Shown in pieces: positions 16,900 to 26,734 of a stretch of DNA of 32,000 nucleotides. How positions within the stretch are numbered: the first letter of the stretch is position 1; every line of letters starts with the position of its first letter. This stretch comes from Aciduliprofundum boonei T469 (GTDB lineage Archaea > Thermoplasmatota > Thermoplasmata > Thermoplasmatales > Aciduliprofundaceae): NCBI RefSeq assembly GCF_000025665.1, contig NC_013926.1, positions 330,001-362,000 on the forward strand. Direction: 5' to 3'. Under the pieces are notes generated by a model. The model had not been told where the DNA came from. It made no database searches and was given only the letters and a program-made list of their open reading frames with translations. A program made the position numbers and the translations under genes.

Positions 16900-18071
16900 C
16901 TCATCACCTTCAGAATAGATGTGAGCGGATACTCTATGTTCCAGTCAACCACTCTTCCATACATTCTTATCCTTCTCAAGCGTACCTCTCTTTCAGCCTT
17001 GAGTATCTTTGACGCCACATCTTCTCCACCACCTATGAGGGTTGGAGATATTACTAACACATCGTATCCTTTGGCAAGAAGCTCAACTATGGAATCATCA
17101 ATATCCCATGAAAGCAGGGGAGAGATCAAAATCACAAAAGAATTTGGCGGGAAAAATCTAGAAACTATGAATTTTCCATAATCAAAAGTAAGTCTACTTA
17201 TCTTCTCACTTCTCAAATGCAATAACCTATCAAGTATCAGGTACATCGCTCTTTTACCGTAAGTAGGATATATCCAGTCCACAGTGTTGCCCAGAACAAC
17301 AAAACCAACACGACTGCGTGTCCTTGACAGGTATGTAGCCAATGTTGCTGCCGCCCGCACAGATGCGTTTAGAAGATCCTCATACTCCTCCGCACCCTTT
17401 AAAAATCTCCTGACATCAAGTAAAATAACAGTATCTCCAGTTCTCTCACTCTCGTACTCATTCACCATCAATTTATTTCTCCTCGCAGTCGCTTTCCAGT
17501 TTATAAAGCGCATATCATCTCCAGGAGAGTACTCCCTTATATCCGTGAATTCAATACCCGGCCCCTTCATACGGGACGGGTAATCGCCTAAAATGCTCCT
17601 CGTCTTGCGTGGTTTTATCTTCAGTTTTCTTATATACTCAATCTTCGGATAAATCCTCAATTCTCCCCTGTCTTTCACTTTTGAGCCATAACCCTGCATG
17701 CCAAGTACATCCTCCGAGTACACCCACGCTTCCTTAAAATTTATCTTCCCAAACTTATCCAATGTGACCTTTCTTTTCTCAACACATTTATCCCTGCAAT
17801 ATCCCCGCACAATATTCATTGCGTCCTTGATAAAATAATAGCCCCTACCCTCAACCACATACCTGAACTCAACTTCGTTACCCTCCACATACCTTTTCTC
17901 TGAAAACTTTCTATTGAATTTGGCTGGTTTGAAGGGTAGAACTTCTGAAAATATTATAAGCCATAGGATTGGCAGTGATAGAAACACTGCTAATGGAGAC
18001 ATCAAAACTATTCCCACAAATAGTAATAGGGCGAAGTAGAGAAGTAAGGCATAGAAATGCAGGGTGCGCAT
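16896..18071 (-). CDS. DUF58 (degenerate vWA-like) protein with two N-terminal TM helices.
   Basis: The DUF58 signature FTDIREYSPGDDMRFINWKATARRNKLMVNEYESERTGDTVILLD is present. The gene lies 2 nt downstream of moxR. Confidence 0.85.
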   Translation of the reverse strand: MRTLHFYALLLYFALLLFVGIVLMSPLAVFLSLPILWLIIFSEVLPFKPAKFNRKFSEKRYVEGNEVEFRYVVEGRGYYFIKDAMNIVRGYCRDKCVEKRKVTLDKFGKINFKEAWVYSEDVLGMQGYGSKVKDRGELRIYPKIEYIRKLKIKPRKTRSILGDYPSRMKGPGIEFTDIREYSPGDDMRFINWKATARRNKLMVNEYESERTGDTVILLDVRRFLKGAEEYEDLLNASVRAAATLATYLSRTRSRVGFVVLGNTVDWIYPTYGKRAMYLILDRLLHLRSEKISRLTFDYGKFIVSRFFPPNSFVILISPLLSWDIDDSIVELLAKGYDVLVISPTLIGGGEDVASKILKAEREVRLRRIRMYGRVVDWNIEYPLTSILKVMR

Positions 18072-18073
18072 GA

Positions 18074-19006
18074 CTACACCTTTGGTACAGGTACTTTTTT
18101 CAGTACATCTTCCACGATATCTCCAGGCCTAACTCCGCGAATCCATGGCTCAGGCTTTAATATTATCCTGTGCACAAGAGCGATCCTCGTTACTGCCTTA
18201 ACATCATCGGGAACAACATAATCCCTTCCATAAACAAGGGCACGGGCACGGGATAATCTCATAATTGCCAAACTTCCTCTCGGACTTGCACCCACTTCCA
18301 CTTGAGAATGAGTTCTTGTGGCTCTCACAATCCTCACTATGTAATCAAGGATATCGTCCTGAACATAGATATTTTCAACCATCTTCTTCATTTCAAGAAG
18401 TTCCTCGCGAGTAACAATCTTATTCAAGGGTATTTCATCTCTCTTCCACGCAATTCTTCTCTTCAAAATTTCAATCTCATCCTTCTTGGATGGATATCCC
18501 ACAGCCAATTTTACCAAGAATCTATCCAACTGAGCCTCCGGCAAAGGATATGTGCCCTCGTACTCTATAGGATTCTGCGTGGCTATAACGATGAATGGCT
18601 CCTCAAGTTTATATGTCTCGCCTTCAATTGTAACCTGCCTCTCCTGCATGGCTTCTAACAAAGCGGCCTGTGTCTTTGGTGGAGAGCGATTTATCTCATC
18701 CGCGAGCAATATATTCGTGAAAACAGGACCCTGCATAAATTTGAACTCTGAAGTTTTTCTGTCAAATATATATGTTCCTGTTATATCGCTGGGCATAAGA
18801 TCAGGGGTGAATTGCACACGCTTGAACTCGCATCCAAGAACCTGGGCAAAGGATTTAACTATAAGCGTCTTGGCAAGTCCGGGATAATCCTCAAAGAGTA
18901 TGTGGCCTCCTGCCAAAATCGTGTATAGCACTTGCCTCAATACTTCATCTTTTCCAACGATTACCTTGCTAACCTCTTCAATAATTTTCTCCATTTTTTC
19001 TTTCAT
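18074..19006 (-). CDS. MoxR-family AAA+ ATPase.
   Basis: Walker A is YPGLAKT and Walker B is ILLADEINR. Further family motifs are PPKTQAALLEAMQERQVT, ATQNPIEYEGTYPLPEAQLDRF and a C-terminal ASPRGS. Confidence 0.92.
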   Translation of the reverse strand: MKEKMEKIIEEVSKVIVGKDEVLRQVLYTILAGGHILFEDYPGLAKTLIVKSFAQVLGCEFKRVQFTPDLMPSDITGTYIFDRKTSEFKFMQGPVFTNILLADEINRSPPKTQAALLEAMQERQVTIEGETYKLEEPFIVIATQNPIEYEGTYPLPEAQLDRFLVKLAVGYPSKKDEIEILKRRIAWKRDEIPLNKIVTREELLEMKKMVENIYVQDDILDYIVRIVRATRTHSQVEVGASPRGSLAIMRLSRARALVYGRDYVVPDDVKAVTRIALVHRIILKPEPWIRGVRPGDIVEDVLKKVPVPKV

Positions 19007-19563
19007 TTCATCGCCTCCAAAATTGCATTTATCTCCTTCAAAAATCTATTCTTTGGTAAGGCATTCCTTAAATCATGCTTTCTTCTATACATCCTCACAA
19101 CAAGATCTGCCTTATCCCCAAGATATTTGCGGAGAAATTCAACATTCTCCATATTTCTCCTAACAACATTCTCTGGAATATCATACCTTATACTCAAATC
19201 AATAACCAGAGCATTCAAAACTCTTAACTCAATATCTCTCTGGGCAACTGCATTCTCGTCAAGTGCCTTTTTAACCCTTCTCTTAAAATGTGCTATATCC
19301 TCATCCACTATTACCTTCTCTTCTTCCTGCACTCTTGGTCTTGGAGCATTGTGAATAACGAACACAAAAGGAAGATATATTAGGGTTATGAGCAGAACTA
19401 TTAATAGGAAGAATTCAATGGAAATTACAGCGTAGAATGAAAATGCCATTATTATGGCTATGTACCACACCCACGTGCTGCCCTTAAAGGAAGAGGGCAT
19501 ACGCATCATACCCATTCTCCCCATTATAACCATATCATTAACCTGGCTATCTTGAGGTTTCAT
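19003..19563 (-). CDS. Membrane protein of unknown family, with two TM helices and a cytosolic helical domain, in the MoxR operon.
   Basis: I prefer the start at ATG 19563 because GGAGG (19573-19577 on the minus strand) lies 9 nt upstream. The stop overlaps the moxR ATG by 4 nt. Confidence 0.6.
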   Translation of the reverse strand: MKPQDSQVNDMVIMGRMGMMRMPSSFKGSTWVWYIAIIMAFSFYAVISIEFFLLIVLLITLIYLPFVFVIHNAPRPRVQEEEKVIVDEDIAHFKRRVKKALDENAVAQRDIELRVLNALVIDLSIRYDIPENVVRRNMENVEFLRKYLGDKADLVVRMYRRKHDLRNALPKNRFLKEINAILEAMK

Positions 19564-20368
19564 TTCTAATCGCCTCCAAAGCATTCAAAGCTAATTTTCT
19601 ATGATTTTCATTCATTTCATGCTGACTATATCTGGCTATCTCAAAGAGATTTGTGAGAGTTTCCACGGGTTTTGAAGATATTTTCAGAGTTTTAAGGGCA
19701 AACTCTCTAAACTCCCTTGGAGTGTAATAATCCTTATCTTCCACTCCTTTGCTTCTCATAAGTTTCTCCATTTCTTTATACGCAGCCAAAATTGCTCCAC
19801 GGACATCTTTACCAATCTTGACCTTATAAATGGCACGCTCCATGGCCTCTTTGGTTGTAATAACTTCCCTTTCAACCTTTTCCTCTTTCTTCTTATACAC
19901 TTTTACAACAAAAATTCCGAATAATATGCCCATAACAGCTGCAATGATAATTAAAGCAATTGTACTTTGAGAGTACAGGGGCTCTGAAAAAGATGGATTC
20001 GATGGATTAGAACCACTACCAGAATAAAGGGCAATAGAGATTTTATTCGCCAGTATGTAAACTAATCCAAATGAGAGAAATGCCAATGTAAGTGCAATTA
20101 CCCCTGCAAGGGCTTCCTTAGCAACATGCCTTCGGTATATGAAAGCTCCAACAATTGCAATAGCAAATAAACCAAAGAGAAGGGCTTGCATAAAGTACAT
20201 AAAATAGGATGAGCCTCCGGATTCCTCCGTTGGGGGTGGTACAACTGGCTGTGGCTTTGAAGATATTGGCGCCCCAAACTTTATGCTTATAGTTGGAAGC
20301 ACCGCTCCAAGAGACACAGTGAGCCATATAAGTAGAAGGGCAACGGGAATCTTTAAGCTCATCTTCAT
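19547..20368 (-). CDS. Membrane protein with about four TM helices and a C-terminal DUF4129-like domain.
   Basis: The C-terminus YYTPREFREFALKTLKISSKPVETLTNLFEIARYSQHEMNENHRKLALNALEAIRN resembles DUF4129, the domain found C-terminal to transglutaminases in MoxR neighbourhoods. I see no transglutaminase core (Cys-His-Asp). Confidence 0.6.
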   Translation of the reverse strand: MKMSLKIPVALLLIWLTVSLGAVLPTISIKFGAPISSKPQPVVPPPTEESGGSSYFMYFMQALLFGLFAIAIVGAFIYRRHVAKEALAGVIALTLAFLSFGLVYILANKISIALYSGSGSNPSNPSFSEPLYSQSTIALIIIAAVMGILFGIFVVKVYKKKEEKVEREVITTKEAMERAIYKVKIGKDVRGAILAAYKEMEKLMRSKGVEDKDYYTPREFREFALKTLKISSKPVETLTNLFEIARYSQHEMNENHRKLALNALEAIRNETSR

Positions 20369-20386
20369 TACCCAAGGAAATACAAC

Positions 20387-20399
20387 AAAAAATTTAAAA
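20387..20399 (-). promoter_or_regulatory. TATA-like box for the MoxR operon.
   Basis: The minus strand reads ttttaaatttttt, centred about 26 nt upstream of ATG 20368. Confidence 0.4.
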
Positions 20400-20410
20400 C
20401 TTCCCCGTCA

Positions 20411-20421
20411 AAAATTAAATA
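20411..20421 (+). promoter_or_regulatory. TATA-like box for the dCMP deaminase-serS unit.
   Basis: The sequence aaaattaaata is centred about 27 nt upstream of ATG 20443, with no SD motif. Confidence 0.4.
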
Positions 20422-20442
20422 CCCGCTATCCATGGCATAACT

Positions 20443-20928
20443 ATGCGTCCATCTTGGGATGAGTACTTTATGCGCATGGCATACCTCGCTTCTACGCGCT
20501 CCACCTGCACAAGGAGGAAGGTCGGAGCTGTCATAGTTAAGGATAAGAGAATTTTAGCCACGGGATACAATGGCCCGCCAAAGGGCTTAGCCCATTGCGA
20601 TGTTACTGGGTGCATTCGTGAGGAGTTAAATGTTCCTAGCGGTGAGAGGCATGAGCTATGCAGAGGATTGCACGCTGAGCAAAATGCAATAATCCAAGCA
20701 GCTGTGCATGGGGTATCCATAAAAGATGCCACAATTTATGTAACAAATCACCCATGTGTGGTTTGTGCCAAGATGCTCATAAATGCGGAAATAAAAGAAA
20801 TTGTTTATGCGGAAGGTTATCCAGATGATTTAGCCAAATTGATTCTTTTAGAGAGCAATATTAGGGTCCGCCAATTCTCCCTTCCAGAGGATGAGGTGAA
20901 GAAAATAGTGGGTGAGAGCAATGATTGA
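20443..20928 (+). CDS. Deoxycytidylate (dCMP) deaminase.
   Basis: Zinc-binding motifs are HAEQNAI and PCVVCAK, and the N-terminus [22 protein letters not shown] is typical of the family. Confidence 0.9.
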   Translation: MRPSWDEYFMRMAYLASTRSTCTRRKVGAVIVKDKRILATGYNGPPKGLAHCDVTGCIREELNVPSGERHELCRGLHAEQNAIIQAAVHGVSIKDATIYVTNHPCVVCAKMLINAEIKEIVYAEGYPDDLAKLILLESNIRVRQFSLPEDEVKKIVGESND

Positions 20929-22249
20929 TATCAAGCTTATTCGAAAAAATGGAGATATGATAAGAGACATGCTCAGAAAGAGGTTCAAAGATGAGAAGAT
21001 AGTGGATGAGATCCTACAGTACGATAACCTGTGGAGAGAAACTTTGAAGGAAATCGAAAAACTCAGGCATGAGAGGAACAAGAAGAGCGTGGAAATTGGA
21101 AAACTTGTAAAGGAGGGTAAGGATATAAAAGAGTTAAAGGACGAGATGAAAGAGTTGAACAGAAGAATCAAGGAGCTTGAGGAGAATGTAGAAGAATACA
21201 AGAAAAGGAGAGATTACCTCCTTATGCGCCTTCCAAATCTGCTGCTTGATGACACTCCAGTATGCGAAGGTGAGGAAAATTCACCAGTAGTGCGAACATG
21301 GGGTAAGGCAAGAGTTATGGAAGATAATATGGAGTATTTCAAAAATTGCTCTGCAGGAATGGATTATGAAATCATAGAGAATAAGCCAGAAAGCCATGTA
21401 GATATAATCGAAAAATACGATTTGGCTGATACTGCAAGGGCTGGAAAAATTGCCGGAGCGAGATTCTATTATTTGAAAAATGAATTAGTTATTTTGGAGC
21501 AATCATTAATAAGATTCGCATTAGACCATATGGTATCCAAGGGTTATACTCCTGTAGCCCCTCCTTTAATGATTCGCCGTGCTGCAATGGAAGGTGTAAT
21601 AGATTTTGAGGCCTTTGAAGAGATGATTTATAAAATTGAAGGCGAGGATTTGTATATGATCGCCACAGCCGAGCATCCGCTTGTGGCAATGCATATGAAG
21701 GAGATTTTAGATCCAAACTCCCTGCCTTTAAAATATGTAGGTATTTCACCCTGTTTCCGTAAGGAAGCAGGTGCTCACGGTAAGGATACAAAGGGCATAT
21801 TCCGAGTTCACAATTTCTACAAGGTTGAGCAAGTTGTATTCTCAAAGCCAGAGGAATCTGCGATATTAATGGAAGAACTGATAAAGAATGCAGAGGAAAT
21901 ACTGCAAAAATTAGAGTTGCCGTATAGGGTGATTAATATATGTAGCGGAGAGCTTGGTGCCGTTGCAGCCAAAAAATATGATATTGAAGTTTGGATGCCA
22001 GCGCAGCAGAAGTTCCGAGAAGTTGTGTCCTGCTCAAATTGCTTAGAATATCAAGCCAGGAGGTTAATGATAAGGTACAGAGATAAGGGTGAGTTAAAAT
22101 TTGTGCATACTCTAAACAGCACCGCATTGGCAACAACTAGAATTATGGTGGCAATAATGGAAAATTTCCAAGAGGATAGGGGGATAAGAATACCAAAAGC
22201 GCTTGTTCCTTACACTAGCTTTGAATACATAGAGTTTGAGAAAAGTTAA
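20921..22249 (+). CDS. serS: Seryl-tRNA synthetase.
   Basis: The N-terminus is [10 protein letters not shown] followed by a coiled-coil arm. Class II motifs are [26 protein letters not shown] and [10 protein letters not shown]. The ATG at 20921 forms an ATGATTGA overlap with the dCMP deaminase stop. Confidence 0.93.
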   Translation: MIDIKLIRKNGDMIRDMLRKRFKDEKIVDEILQYDNLWRETLKEIEKLRHERNKKSVEIGKLVKEGKDIKELKDEMKELNRRIKELEENVEEYKKRRDYLLMRLPNLLLDDTPVCEGEENSPVVRTWGKARVMEDNMEYFKNCSAGMDYEIIENKPESHVDIIEKYDLADTARAGKIAGARFYYLKNELVILEQSLIRFALDHMVSKGYTPVAPPLMIRRAAMEGVIDFEAFEEMIYKIEGEDLYMIATAEHPLVAMHMKEILDPNSLPLKYVGISPCFRKEAGAHGKDTKGIFRVHNFYKVEQVVFSKPEESAILMEELIKNAEEILQKLELPYRVINICSGELGAVAAKKYDIEVWMPAQQKFREVVSCSNCLEYQARRLMIRYRDKGELKFVHTLNSTALATTRIMVAIMENFQEDRGIRIPKALVPYTSFEYIEFEKS

Positions 22250-22285
22250 TCTTCAATGTAGTACATGCGGGAGAAGGTGAGCGAT

Positions 22286-23860
22286 ATGAGGATTAGCACT
22301 GTGGAGCAGATGCGTGCTCTTGATAAAAGGGCAATTGAGGTTTATGGGATTGAAGATAAATTGCTTATGGAAAACGCAGCCCATGCTTTATATTTTGTTA
22401 TTTTGAAAGCATTGGGCAATATAAAGGGGAGAAAATTCGTTGCTTTTGCAGGCCCGGGAAACAATGGCGGAGATGCAATCACCTTATCTCGCAAATTGCA
22501 CTCCAACGGTGCATATGTGAAAATTTACCTTATGAGCTCTCCTGAAAAATACAAAGGTGCTGCAAAGATGAATTATGAGATCGCAAAGAGGATAGGAATT
22601 CAGATGGAAAATTTTGATGGTGATAACGCTCTTGTTCGTATGTCTGTAGAAAATGCTGACGCTATAATAGATGGAATTCTAGGTACAGGCATATCTAGAA
22701 ATGTTGAAGGGAAGTATGCTGAGGCAATAAAAATAATAAATGAGAGCGCAAAACTTGTTTTCTCAGTGGACATTCCATCAGGAATAAATGGAAACACTGG
22801 AAAGGTTATGGGCACTGCTGTGAGAGCAGATTACACTGCAACCTTCGGATTGCCAAAGATAGGAAATGTGCTGTATCCTGGATTTGAGTATTGCGGAGAA
22901 CTCTATGTATCCCATATCTCTTTCCCTCCTGAGAATTATGAAGATGATAATATAAATGTATTTATAAACGAGCCCATACCTCTTTCTCCGAGAAAGAAAG
23001 ATGGGCATAAGGGCAGTTTTGGAGATGCTTTATTCGTGGCAGGTGCAGGAAATTACTATGGTGCTCCATACTTCTCAGCCCTATCATTTCTAAAGGCAGG
23101 AGGCGGATATTCCAGATTGGCTACTGCAAAATCGGTTGTTCCTTTTATCGGCACTCAAGGCAGAGAAATAGTGTTCCACCCCTTGCCAGAGACGGATGCC
23201 AAAAGCATAAGTTACACGGCAAAGGAAGAAATATTGAAAATAGCAAAAAATGTGGATATAGTAATCTTAGGGCCAGGTACATCCCTTCACGAAAGAACTC
23301 AAAAGTTAATAGAAGAGCTTATTGGTGAGATTGAAAAACCTATAATTATAGATGGTGATGGCTTAACAGCTCTCTCTCACAATACTAGTATTTTGAAAGA
23401 AAGAAAATATCCCACCGCGCTAACCCCCCATCCCGGCGAGATGAGCAGATTGACAGGAAAAAGTATAAATGAAATTCTAAATAATAGAATTGAAGTTGCA
23501 AGAAATTTTGCCATAGAGTACAATGTAATACTCGTTCTCAAGGGAGCGCATACTCAGATCGCCATGCCTGACGGTAGGATTTACATTAATATGACAGGAA
23601 ATTCGGGTATGGCCACAGCAGGAAGCGGTGATGTCCTTACAGGCACTATAGCGGCGATGTACGGACTTGGATTAGATTTCGAGGAGAGTGTAAGGATGGG
23701 TGTGTTTGTTCATGGTTTGGCCGGGGATCTGGCTGCTCAAAGAAAGGGAGAGGATGGAATTACAGCGAGAGATATAATGGAATTTTTACCGGAGGCAACA
23801 AAATTGCTTCGAGATGAATATGAAAATGTCAAAGATAGATACGATATAAATGTGGTATGA
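22286..23860 (+). CDS. nnr: Bifunctional NAD(P)H-hydrate repair enzyme (epimerase / ADP-dependent dehydratase).
   Basis: The YjeF-N motif is GPGNNGGDA and the C-terminal kinase-fold motif is GSGDVLTG. I prefer the start at ATG 22286, preceded by GGTGA at 22276-22280. The listed start 22265 is also possible. Confidence 0.88.
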   Translation: MRISTVEQMRALDKRAIEVYGIEDKLLMENAAHALYFVILKALGNIKGRKFVAFAGPGNNGGDAITLSRKLHSNGAYVKIYLMSSPEKYKGAAKMNYEIAKRIGIQMENFDGDNALVRMSVENADAIIDGILGTGISRNVEGKYAEAIKIINESAKLVFSVDIPSGINGNTGKVMGTAVRADYTATFGLPKIGNVLYPGFEYCGELYVSHISFPPENYEDDNINVFINEPIPLSPRKKDGHKGSFGDALFVAGAGNYYGAPYFSALSFLKAGGGYSRLATAKSVVPFIGTQGREIVFHPLPETDAKSISYTAKEEILKIAKNVDIVILGPGTSLHERTQKLIEELIGEIEKPIIIDGDGLTALSHNTSILKERKYPTALTPHPGEMSRLTGKSINEILNNRIEVARNFAIEYNVILVLKGAHTQIAMPDGRIYINMTGNSGMATAGSGDVLTGTIAAMYGLGLDFEESVRMGVFVHGLAGDLAAQRKGEDGITARDIMEFLPEATKLLRDEYENVKDRYDINVV

Positions 23861-24321
23861 TGGAAATCAGAAATGCCACTCTTGAGGAAGTGGAGAAAGT
23901 TACCAATTTGTGGTTAGAGTTTATTAAAAATCCTAAAGGCTCAGATCTAAATATAGTGCCCAATGAAGAGAATAAAGAGCGATGGAAGGAATTTGCTGAA
24001 GGGATTATTAAGAAAAAACTAGGAGCAGTGAAAATTGCTATCGTGGATGGAAACATTGTAGGTTATATCCTATATACCTACAGAGATTCTCCACTTCAGC
24101 TCTACAAAAAAAGGGGAACTATATACGACCTATTTGTGAGAGAGAAATATAGAGGGATGGGGATTGGTAAAGCTCTGCTATCCTCAGCCCTCGAAGATTT
24201 AAAATTAAATGGGGTAAAAATGGTTCAACTGTATGTAAAGAGTGATAACATTACAGCTATTTCCCTGTATGAATCTTATGGATTTAAAGAATCTTTAAAG
24301 GTTATGAGAAGGGAATTTTAA
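23857..24321 (+). CDS. GNAT-family N-acetyltransferase.
   Basis: The acetyl-CoA binding motif is YRGMGIGKALL, followed by ISLYESYGF. The ATG overlaps the nnr stop by 4 nt (ATGA). Confidence 0.8.
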   Translation: MMEIRNATLEEVEKVTNLWLEFIKNPKGSDLNIVPNEENKERWKEFAEGIIKKKLGAVKIAIVDGNIVGYILYTYRDSPLQLYKKRGTIYDLFVREKYRGMGIGKALLSSALEDLKLNGVKMVQLYVKSDNITAISLYESYGFKESLKVMRREF

Positions 24322-24393
24322 CAAAAAGTGACCATAGATATTACAACTTCTCTTAGGAAAGTGAAATGTAGGCGGCAAATATATCTATATTGA

Positions 24394-25425
24394 ATGAAAT
24401 ATGCTTGTATGAAAGCTTGGATAGTAAATGCTCAAAAGCCAATAGAAGAGAAACCTTTAGAGTTTGTAGAAAATTATCCAGTTCCTGAACCAAGAGAGAA
24501 GGAGATAAGAGTTCGGGTAACTCACTGTGGAATATGTCGTACGGATTTGCATATAGCAGAGGGGGATATCCCCCTTTCAAAGAAACCTGTGATACCGGGA
24601 CATGAAATTGTAGGGTTCGTAGATAAACTTGGAGAAAATGCAAAGAGATTCAAAATAGGAGATCGTGTTGGAATCTCCTGGTTAAATTCCACATGCGGTA
24701 AGTGTAAGTACTGCCAAAGAGGAGACGAAAATTATTGCCCAGATATAAAACGCACTGGATATGATGTTGATGGTGGATTTGCCGAGTATGTTTTAGTGCA
24801 TGAGGATTATGCGTTTGACCTTCGCAATGTTTCACTTCCTTCAGAAGAATTAGCCCCAATTATGTGTCCGGGAATAACTGGACATTACGCGTTCCGAATA
24901 TCAGGGATACGCAAGGGCGAACGCCTAGGCATGTTAGGATTTGGACCAACAGCATACTACATCCTTCGAGTGGCTAAAAGTATGAACATAGAGGTATACA
25001 TTAGCACCCGTAGTGAGGAGCACAAGAGAACTGCTATGAAATATGGCGCTGATTGGGTAGGAAATATTGCACATGAGGATTTTCCAAACAAGGTTGACGC
25101 TTTCATTTTCTTTCCCACTGCTGGAAAACTTGTGGAAAGGGCATTGGCTAATACTCTCCCATCTGCAACGCTGGTTTTGGGAGCAGTTACTATGAGCCCC
25201 ATAATCATTGAGAATTACACTGCAAACCTATGGGGTAGAACGATAAAGACGATATATCAGGTTAGAAGAGATTACGGCAGAGAATTCATAGAAATTGCAG
25301 ATCGCCTCAAACTTGGAATTGAAAAGGAGATTGTGAAATTCAGCGAGATCCCTGAGGCGATGCTGCGCTTGAAGAAGGGGGAAATCAATGGAATGGTGCA
25401 GGTGATTGAGATTGGAAAAATATAG
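24394..25425 (+). CDS. Zinc-dependent alcohol dehydrogenase (MDR family).
   Basis: Catalytic zinc motifs are HCGICRTDLH and GHEIVG. The structural zinc motif is CGKCKYCQRGDENYC. An alternative start at ATG 24409 (MKAWIV...) fits a TATA-like aaatatatcta about 25 nt upstream. Confidence 0.88.
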   Translation: MKYACMKAWIVNAQKPIEEKPLEFVENYPVPEPREKEIRVRVTHCGICRTDLHIAEGDIPLSKKPVIPGHEIVGFVDKLGENAKRFKIGDRVGISWLNSTCGKCKYCQRGDENYCPDIKRTGYDVDGGFAEYVLVHEDYAFDLRNVSLPSEELAPIMCPGITGHYAFRISGIRKGERLGMLGFGPTAYYILRVAKSMNIEVYISTRSEEHKRTAMKYGADWVGNIAHEDFPNKVDAFIFFPTAGKLVERALANTLPSATLVLGAVTMSPIIIENYTANLWGRTIKTIYQVRRDYGREFIEIADRLKLGIEKEIVKFSEIPEAMLRLKKGEINGMVQVIEIGKI

Positions 25426-26281
25426 TATATCTGTGGAAAAACCGTATTCAATTATTCCTCATTTGCATAGGTTCTCATTATCAGATAGGCCTCTGCCATG
25501 CATTGTAGAAAATAACCTATTTTGGAGACTTATCCCGATAGAGGATATATTTATTCCCGTAAAAGCAGAAATTCATGAAGACATAGTAAAAATTGATGTC
25601 GCATCTGAGTGCGAAAATGATTATTGTAAAGAAGTGCTTTCCACTGTAAGGCACCTACTTGCGGTTGATATATCCTATTCAAATTTTCTCAAAACTCTTG
25701 AGGATTTTCCAAGACTTTACAAAATGGCCATTACATATAGCGGACTACGGCCCGCAAGAAACCTCAACCTCTACGAAGCCCTAATTAAGATTGTGCTTCA
25801 GCAGAGAATATCACTAAAATATGCCCTCAATACCACCGCAAAACTTATAGAGAAATGGGGAATTAGAGAAAAGTGGAATGGGTATAGTTATTATTCATTT
25901 CCTCCACCTGAAAAACTGATGAGGATCAGTACCTCTGAAATAAAAGCCTTAGGCACAACTACAGTGAAGGCAAAAAGTCTCTTAGAAATAGCAAAAATGG
26001 AATATAACGGAGATTTACCAAGCATTTATGAGGTTAATAAAAATCCGGAGGAATATGTAAAATTTCTGACAGGTATATATGGGGTTGGTATGTGGACAGC
26101 AGAATTATCTGTGGCTACGGTGATTCACGACTATAGCATAGCTCCGGCAGGTGATTTAAATGTGAGAAAGGCTTTTTCTAAATTTCTGGGGCTTCAGGGT
26201 GAAAAAGAGATTAGAGAGTACACAGAAAAATTTGGGAAATGGAAGGGTCTTATAATGTATCTTATGACTTTTGATTTATAG
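25406..26281 (+). CDS. HhH-GPD superfamily DNA glycosylase, AlkA-like (3-methyladenine DNA glycosylase II).
   Basis: LYEALIKIVLQQRISLKYA is present, the HhH motif is GVGMWTAE, and a candidate catalytic Asp sits in PAGDLNVRKA. The start is uncertain, either TTG 25406 or GTG 25433. Confidence 0.7.
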   Translation: MRLEKYSISVEKPYSIIPHLHRFSLSDRPLPCIVENNLFWRLIPIEDIFIPVKAEIHEDIVKIDVASECENDYCKEVLSTVRHLLAVDISYSNFLKTLEDFPRLYKMAITYSGLRPARNLNLYEALIKIVLQQRISLKYALNTTAKLIEKWGIREKWNGYSYYSFPPPEKLMRISTSEIKALGTTTVKAKSLLEIAKMEYNGDLPSIYEVNKNPEEYVKFLTGIYGVGMWTAELSVATVIHDYSIAPAGDLNVRKAFSKFLGLQGEKEIREYTEKFGKWKGLIMYLMTFDL

Positions 26282-26383
26282 AGTTAAAAGAGTATTAATT
26301 TTCAATCCCAACAAGTATATCTTAATATAACACATCCTCATCAGTGTCTCAAATCTTAAATAGCAGAAATTTTATAGTTAGTT

Positions 26384-26734
26384 GTGAAGAACTTGCCAGA
26401 TAAACTTCAAATGAAAAGAAGAAAAAGGGCAAAAAATTTTGTGATTTCCTCCTTATTGATTTCCCTAGTCTTAATGATAATATCTCCATGGATATCCTTA
26501 TTTGCATCTCTTCTCTTGGTAGGTGCTGCCTCCTGGGGGGTGACTCTAACTGGGGATCTTGGTTATAATCCTAGAAGAGACGTCTACAACACAGAACTGG
26601 ATAAGATAAAAAATAGTGGCTCTGAGTATAGCGAACTTATAATTATGATGGCTCTTTTTCTCAGCATATTTTTCCTGTCCATTTTCCTTCTCTATCTTGG
26701 ATGGAATGGTTTGCTCTCCTACCTGTTTACATAA
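26384..26734 (+). CDS. Hypothetical small membrane protein with about three TM helices.
   Basis: It has a GTG start and a basic N-terminus (KRRKRAKN) followed by hydrophobic helices. Its 3' end overlaps the convergent tsr3 by 8 nt. I recognise no family. Confidence 0.45.
   Translation: MKNLPDKLQMKRRKRAKNFVISSLLISLVLMIISPWISLFASLLLVGAASWGVTLTGDLGYNPRRDVYNTELDKIKNSGSEYSELIIMMALFLSIFFLSIFLLYLGWNGLLSYLFT

Noticed and set aside
26282-26383. A 102-bp intergenic region checked for a tRNA or small RNA gene.
   Set aside because: It is very AT-rich with no cloverleaf-compatible GC stems. It is more consistent with the promoter region of the downstream small membrane-protein ORF.
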